DNA of 64,000 bases. Source: an uncultured Spirochaetota bacterium (GTDB lineage: Bacteria; Spirochaetota; Brevinematia; Brevinematales; JAOACQ01). Location of the stretch: the NCBI GenBank assembly GCA_963783575.1, contig CAWAOD010000009.1, positions 96,001 to 160,000 of the forward strand. The letters are read 5' to 3'. The translations under genes and the position numbers were made by a program. The notes beneath the pieces were generated by a model. It was not told the DNA's origin, searched no databases, and was given only the letters and a program-made list of their open reading frames with translations. Shown piece by piece: positions 39,136 to 50,102 of this stretch (positions are counted from its first letter, which is position 1; each line of letters starts with the position of its first letter).

Positions 39136-39848
39136 CCGGCCTTTACCGTATCATCACGATGCTGATCCGGATTCATTACAGTCTGCAGTAGTACCGGAAA
39201 AGCCCTTGGATCGCCTATATCCCCAAGCGTTACAATAATAGCTTCTGCCACTCTGTCATCATCAAAGCGTTTTGTATCCTGTTCGTTAAATTTCGCTCTG
39301 GTTACACCATATTGATTTTTTAATAAATCAAGTAATTTAGGAACGATTAAATTCGCATTGCCCAATATCGGTAATGCCCTAGCCGCAGCGATCCTTGGGT
39401 TCACTGATTCGTCCCTTTCAATCACTGTCAATAGTGTCGGAACAAAATTTGAGTTGGAGCTTTGAGCAATCGCATTTATAGCCATCACCCTGGCGTCAGG
39501 TGAAACTGCAGTGATTTTCTGCGCGGTTTTATTAGCATTCCTTATATCTTCCATTACAATTTCCTGTAATAAATCATATTTCTGCGAAGGAACATTTGTA
39601 ACCTTGGTTATCAACAATACAATTTTAAACTGCGTGTCAAAACTAGCCTGTTTCCCTACTGAATCGTAAAATTCACTTTTCAAAAATGGTAATACTGCAT
39701 CAGGAAGTTTTAATTCTTCCGGAATTGCCTTAATCGGCACATTCGGTCCTAACAGCGCATTTAATGCATCATTATCAGCAGCATAAGCTGAAACAGAGAT
39801 GGCTAATAAGAAGAAACAGACAGACAGCAGCAAATAACTCTTCTTCAT
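39105..39848 (-). CDS. Exported HEAT-repeat protein
   Basis: Signal peptide AYA; RIAAARAL, LGDIGDPRAFPVLL...MKKIKW. Confidence 0.8.
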   Translation of the reverse strand: MKKSYLLLSVCFFLLAISVSAYAADNDALNALLGPNVPIKAIPEELKLPDAVLPFLKSEFYDSVGKQASFDTQFKIVLLITKVTNVPSQKYDLLQEIVMEDIRNANKTAQKITAVSPDARVMAINAIAQSSNSNFVPTLLTVIERDESVNPRIAAARALPILGNANLIVPKLLDLLKNQYGVTRAKFNEQDTKRFDDDRVAEAIIVTLGDIGDPRAFPVLLQTVMNPDQHRDDTVKAGWDAMKKIKW

Positions 39849-40097
39849 ATATTACTCCTTATATGAATTTACATTCTCATATATAATCTTAAATAAAGTA
39901 GCGCCATATTTGATTTATTATAAAATAAAAACAATCATAATTAAAGTCAAGATATAAAGTTATAAATACATATTTTAAATTGAATTCAAGTCATTTTAAC
40001 TTAATCTCAACAAATGTCAAGTAAAAAAAGTTAATTTTACCTTATTTTGGCAATGTTAATTTATATAAAGGCAATATCGGAAAATAAATACCCAAAA

Positions 40098-40937
40098 TTA
40101 AATATTTTCCAATTCCATTACGGCCTCATCAACAATCCCATCCGGCGTAGATGCCCCGGCTGTAACACCGATCGTTTTAACTCCCATTAGTAAATTTCTG
40201 TCCAGTTCGGATATTCTTTCGATATGGAAACTGGAAACAATTTCGCTGCATAATTCGAAAAGCCTTTTAGTGTTGGAACTGTTTTTCCCGCCGAGGATTA
40301 TCATTCTTTCAACTTTACCCGCCGTTTCCAGGGCTGAACTTTGACGCCTTCTTGTTGACGGGCAGATGGTATTATGAATATGAACCGACTCACAGTGCCG
40401 TATAAAATGATCGCTAATTTCAAGGAATCTCTTTAAAGACATGGTCGTCTGGGATATCAGGGCACATTTTTCTTTTGGAAAAGCAAATTTATCTGGATTG
40501 AAACTATTATGACCAATAATAGTGACATTTTTTGAAAAATCCTGCGTCGATGCTATTACTTCAGGATGTTCCGGCTCACCTACAAAAAATACGGGAACCT
40601 TATTATCTATTTCCTTTTTTATTATTTTAGAAATATTCCTCACATAAACACAGGTTGCATCTATTACATTGAAACCTTTTCTGACCGCATCATCGATAAC
40701 GCTGTGAGGAAGGCCATGCGCCCTAACAACACCTACACCGCTGCCGATGCCGAATATGGAATCCTTTATTATCACGCCCTTTTTTTTATATTCACAGATG
40801 ATATCCTGGTTATGTATTATTTCGCCGATGGAAAATATCTTTCTGCCCGGATTAGCCTCAATTGCGGCATCCAGCTTGTCCAACGCTATACGGACACCAT
40901 GACAGAAACCGTACTCTTTTGACACTATTACTTTCAT
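40098..40937 (-). CDS. ispH: 4-hydroxy-3-methylbut-2-enyl diphosphate reductase
   Basis: GFCHGV, DATC, TICPST, SSNT, TAGASTP. Confidence 0.96.
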   Translation of the reverse strand: MKVIVSKEYGFCHGVRIALDKLDAAIEANPGRKIFSIGEIIHNQDIICEYKKKGVIIKDSIFGIGSGVGVVRAHGLPHSVIDDAVRKGFNVIDATCVYVRNISKIIKKEIDNKVPVFFVGEPEHPEVIASTQDFSKNVTIIGHNSFNPDKFAFPKEKCALISQTTMSLKRFLEISDHFIRHCESVHIHNTICPSTRRRQSSALETAGKVERMIILGGKNSSNTKRLFELCSEIVSSFHIERISELDRNLLMGVKTIGVTAGASTPDGIVDEAVMELENI

Positions 40938-40949
40938 TATATGCCTTAC

Positions 40950-41798
40950 TTATAACTTTTCCCTGAATTCCTTACTTTTTTTGAGATAATCGACAAGTTC
41001 CTTACGTTTATTATTCCTTATCAGATGGATTAAAGTGTCGATCTCCCTGGAAAAATCAATCAGGGCCCTTTCCACATTATCGGCATTATGTAGAATAATA
41101 TCGGCCCACATATCCGGGTTTGACTGCGCAATTCTTGTAATGTCCAGCAGGCCTTTCCCGTATAAACCGAAAAATCTGACTTCCGACCATCCGTCTTTTT
41201 CAAGGTACCGGGATGTTGCAAATGCTATCAAATGCGGAACATGACTTGTAGAAGCCACTATTTCATCATGAAAATCGGCCGAAACTAAAACAATCTGTGC
41301 TCCAAGAGTTTTCCAGAAATCCCGCACTTCTTCCATGACGCCTTCCTCGGTTTCACCGATTACTGCGACTATTTTTTTCTGGAACAAATCCGCCCTCGCA
41401 TATTCCAGGCCGGACTTTTCACTTCCAGCCATCGGATGCGTGCTGACAAAATGGATGCCCCTGTTATTGATCTTATTAATCCCGGCGATGACCGGCCTTT
41501 TAACGCTCCCGACATCCATAACAATCACATTTTCAGACAAGTTGTTTATATACTTAAAAAATATATCTGAAACCGTCTCAATAGGTGTACCAATTATGAA
41601 AATGTCAAGTTCTCCGACTATTTCGGAATTTTCATCAGCGATTTTATCAATCATCCCAAGTCTTTTTGCCATTTCCAGTTTTTCTTTATCCCGGCCGAAA
41701 CCGATAATTTTAGAACCCGGTATTAAAGCTTTGACCGCAAGAGCTATAGATCCGCCGATTAAACCAAGGCCATATATTCCTACAATTTTTTTATCCAT
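40950..41798 (-). CDS. tyrA: Prephenate/arogenate dehydrogenase
   Basis: GLGLIGGS, DVGSVK, HPMAGSE, SHVPH. Confidence 0.94.
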   Translation of the reverse strand: MDKKIVGIYGLGLIGGSIALAVKALIPGSKIIGFGRDKEKLEMAKRLGMIDKIADENSEIVGELDIFIIGTPIETVSDIFFKYINNLSENVIVMDVGSVKRPVIAGINKINNRGIHFVSTHPMAGSEKSGLEYARADLFQKKIVAVIGETEEGVMEEVRDFWKTLGAQIVLVSADFHDEIVASTSHVPHLIAFATSRYLEKDGWSEVRFFGLYGKGLLDITRIAQSNPDMWADIILHNADNVERALIDFSREIDTLIHLIRNNKRKELVDYLKKSKEFREKL

Positions 41799-41812
41799 AA
41801 CCGCCCCAAATA

Positions 41813-42841
41813 TTATCCGAATAAATTTTTTCCAACTCCGATAACCGGAGCAATTTTTTTAATCTCATACATCATTGTAACAAATTTTTTAGGCTTTAAA
41901 GACTGAGCCCCATCAGAAAATGCCTTTTCCGGTTCATGATGAACCTCCACCATAATTCCATCCGCTCCCGCAACAATACCTGCAAGAGCCATCGGTATAA
42001 CATACTGCCATTTACCTGAAGCATGGCTCGGATCGACTATAATCGGCAAATGAGATCTTTCTTTTATAACCGGAATGGCTATCAAATCCAGGGTATTTCT
42101 TGTCGCTGTTTCAAATGTTCTGATTCCTCTCTCGCAGAGTATCACTTCCTTATTACCTTCCGACATTATATATTCGGCCGACATAAGCCATTCTTCAATA
42201 GTCTGGGACATCCCCCTTTTTAAAACGACTGGGTGCTTCAATTTTCCTACTTCCTTCAATAACGCAAAATTTTGAGCATTCCGAGTCCCGATTTGAAGGA
42301 CATCAACGTACTCCGCAATCAATTCAACAGTGGACGTATCCATCACTTCAGATATTGTCGGCATTCCGAATTCAATTCCAGCCTTTTTTAAAAGTTTTAA
42401 TCCGTCTTCACCCATCCCCTGAAATACGTAAGGGGAAGTTCTCGGCTTAAATGCTCCGCCTCTTAGAAAATTTGCTCCGGCATCTTTGACAGTTTTAGAG
42501 ATAGTCATCATCTGTTCTTCACTTTCTATACTGCAGGGTCCCGCTATAATAGCGATATTGCCCCCACCGACCTTTACTCCTTTAACATTGATAACAGTAT
42601 CATCAGGATGAAAGTCCCTGCTGGCAATTTTATAAGGTTTTGAAACCTGTACAATCGACTCTACACTTGCAAGCGATTCAAGCGGCGTATCAGCAAGCCT
42701 GGTTTTATCCCCGATTACACCTATTATTGTCTGCTGTTCGCCCATGGAAATGTTTGTCTTTAAACCGGCTTTTTCAATCATTCCGACAATATGGTCAATC
42801 TCTTCCTTTGTAACGGTTGGTTTCAGAACTATTATCATCAT
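41813..42841 (-). CDS. aroF: DAHP synthase, type I-beta with ACT domain
   Basis: IAGPCS, GGAFKPRTSPY, CERGIRTF, DPSH. Confidence 0.96.
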   Translation of the reverse strand: MMIIVLKPTVTKEEIDHIVGMIEKAGLKTNISMGEQQTIIGVIGDKTRLADTPLESLASVESIVQVSKPYKIASRDFHPDDTVINVKGVKVGGGNIAIIAGPCSIESEEQMMTISKTVKDAGANFLRGGAFKPRTSPYVFQGMGEDGLKLLKKAGIEFGMPTISEVMDTSTVELIAEYVDVLQIGTRNAQNFALLKEVGKLKHPVVLKRGMSQTIEEWLMSAEYIMSEGNKEVILCERGIRTFETATRNTLDLIAIPVIKERSHLPIIVDPSHASGKWQYVIPMALAGIVAGADGIMVEVHHEPEKAFSDGAQSLKPKKFVTMMYEIKKIAPVIGVGKNLFG

Positions 42842-43059
42842 TGGCTCCCCGATTTTCTAAATTATTTCTTAAATAAATTATTATTCTATTACTCAATTCC
42901 AGACTTTTAATAGAACTATAATTATAAAAAATAAAATGAAAAATTACAACAAACGGTTACCCCCGAGTTATGTTTGGTCACAAAACCGAAGATAATATTT
43001 TGTTTTTTTTATAAAATAAACTATAATATTTTGTGGTAAATTTTTTATGGGGTGTATTT

Positions 43060-44967
43060 ATGGCTGTTATTGAAAAAAGCGGATCTTTAAACAAAAAAAA
43101 TGATGCGGGCGAATTCAATATTTATACTATAATCATAGCTTTAATAATACTATTTCTGTCAATCATCCCTTTTATAAGGAATTATAAGTATAATGACATT
43201 CATCTGGCCTGGCTCAATCATGATTATGGTAAAAATCTGATGACCTCAACCGAAGAAGGTTCTGTTTTTATGACCGAGGGCGGTGATAACCAGGTTTTTT
43301 CGACTCTATATTTTATGTATGCCGAAAAACTAAGGCCGGATCTTGCCCCTTATGATCAGAAAGGGAATATTTTTAAGAGAATTTACGGTGATATGAGGTA
43401 TATAGATCCAAAAACCCTTGAAAGGAGAATGCAGCTTGTGGATTCGCACCTCTTCGCGGGAGAAGAGCCTTTTTATGTAAACATCCGTGACAGAGCCGAT
43501 CCATATTTTATACCTTACTGGCAGGGCAGAAGGCCGGTTTATTTGACATGGGAGAGGCCTGAACCCTGGACATTAAGCCTTGGCGTCGGCAGCCCGCCTA
43601 TTATAGGTCAAAAACAAAATTCAATAGAAGATAATTATGGCGATTATTACTATAAAAGATATGGAATAATGTACAAAGTGCAGAATATACAATACGAGCT
43701 TGTGGATTATCTTGAATTAAAAAAGGAAATATCAGTATCCGACGCCGAGTCGCAGCTTTCTTCATGGCTGCACAGGACTGTCGATTTAAAGTTCACAATC
43801 GATAAAATAAATGAAATGGTTCGTGAAGGTTATCTAAGGCTGGCGGGAGACAGGGTAATATTCATAAAAATGTATGATCCGCCGCATAAAGGCGACTATT
43901 TTGACAAATTCCTGCTGCGCTGGCACGATGCACCCAACGCCATGTACTGGGATGTTCTTACAAGGGAAATAATTATAAATTATGATTATCAAATGGGTGA
44001 AATATACAGGGGAAAGGTAGGCGAACTCCAGGATATTAAGAGCAGGGAAAAAAGACCCGAAATTCTTGCCGAAATTGATAAAAGGATTAAAGAAAATTGG
44101 ACACTGGCTAAAAGCTTTTATAACGACTCCCTTATATATGGGTTTGACTCAATATCAACACTTCATAACCTTGCTGTGGTATATATGAGAAACGGCCTTG
44201 AAAACCTCGATGAAAAAGCACGGGAACTTCTTACTAGAGCCTTAACTCTATACGCAAACTCCTGGGGAACCTATTCACTGATGTTCAGCCTTCTAATCAA
44301 CGATATGTTCAAAAACCCGGCCGATGAATCCAGGAATATGAAGGAAATCGACATGTGGATGAACCAGCTTAAAGTTAATTTAACACATTACCGCTCTGCA
44401 GGCGGTGATTATACAAAAAACAGCGTTTGGGGAAACTTCTCAGGTTTGGATAATTTTATCAACCAGCTCAGACAGGTCCCTTTATCTCAGCTTAACGGCA
44501 TGGTCGATGAACTTTCCAGGCAGATCAAAGTTTCACCTAAAAATATAGATAATAACCTTAGCCAGCAGGCTTTAACCCTTCTCTACTCCAGGGGCATTCC
44601 ATTCGGATACCAGCCATATATTAAAAAAGCCGATGAATTATTAGATCAGTTGTTAATGATAAAAAAAGACGACCAGAATTTTATTATTTGGGCTTTCAGT
44701 ATCTGCCTTCAGATACAAAAGCTGGATAAAGCTTATGAAATAGGCAAAGATATGGAAAGATTAAATAAGGATATCCCCGATCCTTCATTTTATTATTCGA
44801 TGGGAATGATAAGCTATAATCTTAAGAAACCGGTTGATACGGTAACTTATCTTAATAAATTCCTGGACAAAATAAAAACAGACAGAAAAGCACAGATTCA
44901 ATTGAGAGAACCGGTACAGAATGCTAATAATGTACTGTCACAGTTAAAAAAAGCGGGGTTAAAATAA
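43060..44967 (+). CDS. Single-TM protein resembling the DUF2723/TMEM260 periplasmic C-terminal region with TPR-like helices (copy 1)
   Basis: DYGKNLM...VFMTEGGDNQVFSTLY...RPDL motif directly after one TM helix. Confidence 0.6.
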   Translation: MAVIEKSGSLNKKNDAGEFNIYTIIIALIILFLSIIPFIRNYKYNDIHLAWLNHDYGKNLMTSTEEGSVFMTEGGDNQVFSTLYFMYAEKLRPDLAPYDQKGNIFKRIYGDMRYIDPKTLERRMQLVDSHLFAGEEPFYVNIRDRADPYFIPYWQGRRPVYLTWERPEPWTLSLGVGSPPIIGQKQNSIEDNYGDYYYKRYGIMYKVQNIQYELVDYLELKKEISVSDAESQLSSWLHRTVDLKFTIDKINEMVREGYLRLAGDRVIFIKMYDPPHKGDYFDKFLLRWHDAPNAMYWDVLTREIIINYDYQMGEIYRGKVGELQDIKSREKRPEILAEIDKRIKENWTLAKSFYNDSLIYGFDSISTLHNLAVVYMRNGLENLDEKARELLTRALTLYANSWGTYSLMFSLLINDMFKNPADESRNMKEIDMWMNQLKVNLTHYRSAGGDYTKNSVWGNFSGLDNFINQLRQVPLSQLNGMVDELSRQIKVSPKNIDNNLSQQALTLLYSRGIPFGYQPYIKKADELLDQLLMIKKDDQNFIIWAFSICLQIQKLDKAYEIGKDMERLNKDIPDPSFYYSMGMISYNLKKPVDTVTYLNKFLDKIKTDRKAQIQLREPVQNANNVLSQLKKAGLK

Positions 44968-45001
44968 ATATTCTATAATAAATTTTAGATAGGGAGCGTT
45001 T

Positions 45002-46917
45002 ATGAATATTATAGAAAAAAACAGGTCCCTGAACAAAAAAGATGACGCCGGTGAAATCAATATTTAACTATAATTATAGGTGTAGTGATACTAATCCTTT
45101 CGATCATTCCTTTCATAAGGAATTATAAGTATAATGACATCCATCTGAACTGGGTTACTCATGATTATGGTAAAAACCTTATGTCATCAACCGAGGAAGA
45201 CTCTGTTTTTATGACCGAAGGTGATGATAACCAGGTTTTTTCGACGCTTTATTTTATGTATGCCGAAAAACTCAGACCTGATCTTACTCCTTACGATCAG
45301 ATGGGGAATATTTTTAAACTGATCTATGGCGATATCAGGGTTGTAGGCCAGCTTTACCCTCAAATAGTCAGTCCCAGAAAAAAGCTTGTGGATTCTCACC
45401 TTTTTGCCGGTGAAGAGCCTTTTTATAAGGACCCCCGGGATAATGCCGATCCCTATTTTATTCCTTACTGGGAGGGCAGAAAACCTGTATACCTCACATG
45501 GGAAAGGCCGGATCCCTGGAGCCTAAGCCTTGGAACAGGCAATCCTCCCGTTACCGTTCAACAGCAAAATTCAATTGAAGATAATTACGGTGATTATTAT
45601 TACAAAAGATATGGAATTATGTATAAAGTGCAGAATATTCAGTATGAACTTGTGGATTATCTTAAGTTAAAAAAGGAAATATCAATTTCCGATGCGCAAT
45701 CTCAACTTTCAGCATGGCTGCATCATTCTGTCGGCTTAAAGTTCACCCTTGAAAAAATACAAGAAATGACAAAGCAAGGGTATCTAAGCCTGGAAGGAGA
45801 CAGGGTAATTTTCATAAAAATGTATGATCAGCCCCATAATGGCGATTATTTTGAAAAATTTCCCCTGCGTTGGCATGATGCACCCAACGCTAAATACTGG
45901 GATATGATGACAAGGGGAATAATCAGCAATTATGATTTTCAGATGGGCGAACTTTACAGGCAGAAAATCAACGAATTGCAGGATATAAAAAGCCGGGAAA
46001 AAAGACCGGAGATTCTTACCGGGATTGATAAAAGTATTAAAGAAAACTGGGCGCTTGCAAAAAGTTTTTATGACGACGCCCTTATATATGGTTATGATTC
46101 CATATTCATTCTGAATAATCTGGCCCTGGCATATATGAGGAACGGTCTGGAAAACCTCGATGATAAAGCCAGGGAGCTTCTTACCAGGGCATTGAAATTT
46201 TACACAAATTCATGGGGAACCTATCCATTGATGTTCAGCCTACTTATAAACGAAATTTTTAAAAACCCGGCCAATGAATCGGTGAACATGAAGGAAATCG
46301 ACATGTGGATGAACCAGCTTAAATCTACCCTTACCCACTACCGTTCTTCGGGCGATGATTATACAAAAAACAGCAACTGGGGGAACTTCACCGGTTTGGA
46401 TAATTTTATCAATCAATTAAAACAGGTCCCATTATCACAGCTTAACGGCATGGTTGACGAACTTTCCAGGCAGATAAAAGTTTCGCCAATGAATATAGAC
46501 AACTACCTGAGTCAGCAGGCTTTAGCCCTCCTCTATTCCAGAGGAATCCAATTCGGCTACCAGCCATATATTAAAAAAGCCGATGATTTATTTAACCAGT
46601 TATTACTAATAAAAAAAGACGATCAGAATTTTATTATCTGGGCTTTCAGCATCTGCCTACAGATGCAGAAATTGGACAAAGCTTATGAAATAGGCAAAGA
46701 TTTGGAAAAAGTTAATTCGGAAATTCCCGACCCTTCTTTTTATTATACGATGGGAATGATTAGCTATAATAATAAAAGAAAGGCAGACACATTATTATAT
46801 CTTGATAAATTCCTGGATAAAATCAAAACCGTCAGAAAAGCTCAGATCCAATTGAGAGAACCGATACAGAATGCCAACAATGTCCTGTCACAGTTAAAAA
46901 ACCCTGATTTAAAATAA
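45002..46917 (+). CDS. Tandem paralogue of the preceding gene (copy 2), with a 1-bp deletion near 45065
   Basis: Colinear over the full length; AAT ATT TA- ACT ATA versus AAT ATT TAT ACT ATA in copy 1. Confidence 0.7.
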
Positions 46918-46931
46918 TATCTTATATAGAA

Positions 46932-46962
46932 AAGGGCTGCCTTAAATTTGAGGCAGCCCTTA
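46932..46962. terminator. Terminator between converging genes
   Basis: AAGGGCTGCCT-TAAATTTG-AGGCAGCCCTT. Confidence 0.85.
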
Positions 46963-46971
46963 AATTGTATC

Positions 46972-48495
46972 TTATTTCTTTAAGTTCTTTTCGGTATATG
47001 TAATCTTATTCAGTGCGTTCATATAAGCCCTGGCGCTTGCAATGAGGATATCGGTGCTTGCCGCATGACCGGAATAAACCAGGTCGTTATACTTTAAGCT
47101 TAAATTCACCTCACCCATCGCATCCTTTCCGATAGAAACTGAGGCTATGTTATAATCCTCAAGGATTACCTGTATTCCTACAATCCTATCGATCGCTTTA
47201 TAAATAGCGTCAACCGGACCATTGCCTGTTGAAGATTCACGGGTCAATCTTCCCGCTTTCTTTATCTCGACAGTTGCCGTAGGTATTGCGTTATTGCCGC
47301 TCATAATCTGCACATTGGAAATAAAATATGTATCCGGAATGTTAATTCCAACATTGTCTTCTAATATTATGAATAGTTCATCGTCATAAACAGCCTTTTT
47401 CTTGTCGGCAATTTCGGTGAATTTTTCAAAAACCTTGTCAAAATCTTCCTTATTCAATTCATATCCCAATTCTTTAAGCCTGGCCAGCAGTCCATGTTTC
47501 CCCGAATGCCTGCCCAAGACGATTTCAGAGCTAGGCCTGCCTATCTGCTGTGGGGTCATAATTTCATAAGTACTTCTCTCTTTTAAAACACCGTCCTGAT
47601 GAATCCCGGCTTCATGGGAAAAAGCGTTTTTCCCGACAATGGCCTTATTCGGCTGCACCTGGATGCCGGTTATGGCTGTGAGGAGTTTACTGGCCTTGTA
47701 AATTTCCTGGGTATTGATATCGGTTGTATATTTCAAAATATCCTTCCGGATTGCCAGTGCCATTATGAATTCTTCAAAAGAAGCATTCCCGGCTCTTTCA
47801 CCTATGCCGTTTACAGAAACCTCAACCTGCCTGACTCCCGCTTCAACCGCGGCAATAGAGTTCGCAACGGCAAGCCCAAGATCGTTATGGCAGTGCACGC
47901 TTATGACAGCTTTGTCAATATTCGCGACTTTCCGCCGTATTGTGGAAATTATCTTTGTAAATTCGCTTGGTACGGTATAACCTACGGTATCCGGAATATT
48001 GACAGTTGAAGCCCCGGCTTCGATTACTGCTTCCACAACCTCGCAGAGGTATTCAAGTTCGGTTCTTGTTGCGTCTTCTGCGGAAAATTCCACATCATCC
48101 GCAAATTGTCTTGCGTATTTCACGGCGTGAACGGCCGCTTTTAATACTTCATCCTTCGTTTTTTTCAGCTTAAATTCCCTGTGAATCGGGGAGGTCGCAA
48201 TGAAAGTGTGAATCCTCATCCTATCTGCTCCCTTGAGCGCTTTTGCCGCAGCATCAATATCGCCGTCCACTGCCCTCGCTAAAGAGGCGATCACCGGCTT
48301 ACGGACTTCATTGACAATCATACGGATCGCATCGAACTGAACAGGCGATGAAACGGCAAAACCGGCCTCGATAATATTTACGTTCAGCAGCTCAAGCTGT
48401 TTTGCAAACCTCAGCTTGTCGGCCTGACTCATACTTGCGCCGGGCGACTGTTCCCCGTCCCTTAAAGTCGTATCAAAAATAACTATATTATTCAT
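46972..48495 (-). CDS. leuA: 2-isopropylmalate synthase
   Basis: DTTLRDGEQSPG, HCHNDLG, HEAGIHQDG, GNGPVDA regulatory domain. Confidence 0.96.
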   Translation of the reverse strand: MNNIVIFDTTLRDGEQSPGASMSQADKLRFAKQLELLNVNIIEAGFAVSSPVQFDAIRMIVNEVRKPVIASLARAVDGDIDAAAKALKGADRMRIHTFIATSPIHREFKLKKTKDEVLKAAVHAVKYARQFADDVEFSAEDATRTELEYLCEVVEAVIEAGASTVNIPDTVGYTVPSEFTKIISTIRRKVANIDKAVISVHCHNDLGLAVANSIAAVEAGVRQVEVSVNGIGERAGNASFEEFIMALAIRKDILKYTTDINTQEIYKASKLLTAITGIQVQPNKAIVGKNAFSHEAGIHQDGVLKERSTYEIMTPQQIGRPSSEIVLGRHSGKHGLLARLKELGYELNKEDFDKVFEKFTEIADKKKAVYDDELFIILEDNVGINIPDTYFISNVQIMSGNNAIPTATVEIKKAGRLTRESSTGNGPVDAIYKAIDRIVGIQVILEDYNIASVSIGKDAMGEVNLSLKYNDLVYSGHAASTDILIASARAYMNALNKITYTEKNLKK

Positions 48496-48733
48496 AAAAT
48501 TCTCCTTCATATTATATATACTGAAAACCTTTAAGCAAAACTAACACTTTATACAACAATAAAAACTCAATTTATTTGGGCTGCCGCCCTAGAATATTTG
48601 ATAAAAGAAGTGTAAAACTTGAGAAGCCGTTTATATTCTGACTATTCCTGTTAAATCGGTGAAAAGCCCCATGAAAGCTCTCCTGAAATTTGATGCATTA
48701 TTATAATTATTATCGAAAAATAAATCAAATAGT

Positions 48734-49147
48734 TTATGTTTTTTTGTTCCATTCAACTTCCACCAGAACACCGATACCCCCGCGGCTGCTCCAGTTTGCA
48801 ATAATTTTTATCCAGCGGGGTTTTACAGCCAAAACAAAATCATCCAGGATTTTATTCGCGGCATGCTCCTGGAATATCCCCAGGTTCCTGTACCCGGTCA
48901 GGTAAAGCTTCAAACTTTTTTCCTCCACAAGATATTCCCCCGGGATATATCTTATTATAAGTTCGGCAAAATCGGGGAGTCCCGTTTTCGGACATACAGT
49001 TGACAATTCGGCCGTTTTCAATTCGACAATATAATCCCTGTCCGGATACATATTTTTTATTACTTCCAGATCAGGTTCGATCCTTATTTCACGGATATCA
49101 TCCTGCCTATCATTATAACCGGATGTATCCCACGCTTGACTTTTCAT
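48734..49147 (-). CDS. queF: preQ1 synthase (short form)
   Basis: CPKTGLPDFA, EEKSLKLYL, RGGI. Confidence 0.94.
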   Translation of the reverse strand: MKSQAWDTSGYNDRQDDIREIRIEPDLEVIKNMYPDRDYIVELKTAELSTVCPKTGLPDFAELIIRYIPGEYLVEEKSLKLYLTGYRNLGIFQEHAANKILDDFVLAVKPRWIKIIANWSSRGGIGVLVEVEWNKKT

Positions 49148-49169
49148 ATATAATCCTTCTTTATATTAT

Positions 49170-50102
49170 TTAATATTTTGCCGGTAATAAATACCCGTCC
49201 TGCCTGATTTTTTCGCGGATGCCTTTAAAATGGAAACAGTAGCCGTTGTAACGGACGGTTGCTATGGCTTTATCTACCTGTCCCGAACCAATCAGGGCTT
49301 TTATCTTCTCATAGAACGCCCAGGATTTCAAATATTCTTCATCAAACAAACGGTCGGAAAGCCAGTAAAATGATTTTCCTATCATAGCCATCATTTTAAC
49401 GGAAAAAGTGGGGTATTTCCTGTAAAAAACAACGGAAGCCTGCCCTTCGACAAACCTGTCATTAAAAAATTCCAGGATATTTTCCCTGCCGAAATCTCCT
49501 TCATAATGCCGGACAAAAGCCTCCTTAATAAGCCGTTTCGGCTTAAGGCCTATCTTTATCAGTCTGAGTCCAAGATCCAGGTCTTCCCAGCCTTTTTTAA
49601 ATATTTTATCGTCAAAATACCCTGCTTTTTCAACAAATTTTTTTAAAACCGAAACATTTGCCGTATCGAAGAAAGAACGTGAATAATGCCAGTAGTTGAA
49701 AGGAGCGCTGTAAGCCTCTTTAAGGTCAATGATCCTGACAAGCTGTCCCTGAACTATCCGGCGGGGGTATTTTGTATGATAATAAACATGTGTTTCCACC
49801 AATTCCGGCGGTGAAATAACATCACTGTCGATAAAAAGAAGGACATCGCCGGTGGAATTTTTTATGCCTGTGTTTCTGGCCCCGGCCGGTCCGGCATTTT
49901 CCTGGCGGATATATTTGATTTTACCCGGCGATGCGGCTCCAAGCTCTTTCATTATTTCAGGAGTATTATCGGTCGAACCGTCATCTACAACAACTATTTC
50001 ATAATTGGAATAAGTCTGGTTTAAAAGGCTTCCTGCCGAATACTTTAATATGAAACCACGATTGTAAGCCGGCATTATTATCGAAACTTTATATTCAGGC
50101 AT
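49170..50102 (-). CDS. GT2 glycosyltransferase
   Basis: SIIMPAYN, VDDGSTD, FIDSD, WEDLD. Confidence 0.93.
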   Translation of the reverse strand: MPEYKVSIIMPAYNRGFILKYSAGSLLNQTYSNYEIVVVDDGSTDNTPEIMKELGAASPGKIKYIRQENAGPAGARNTGIKNSTGDVLLFIDSDVISPPELVETHVYYHTKYPRRIVQGQLVRIIDLKEAYSAPFNYWHYSRSFFDTANVSVLKKFVEKAGYFDDKIFKKGWEDLDLGLRLIKIGLKPKRLIKEAFVRHYEGDFGRENILEFFNDRFVEGQASVVFYRKYPTFSVKMMAMIGKSFYWLSDRLFDEEYLKSWAFYEKIKALIGSGQVDKAIATVRYNGYCFHFKGIREKIRQDGYLLPAKY

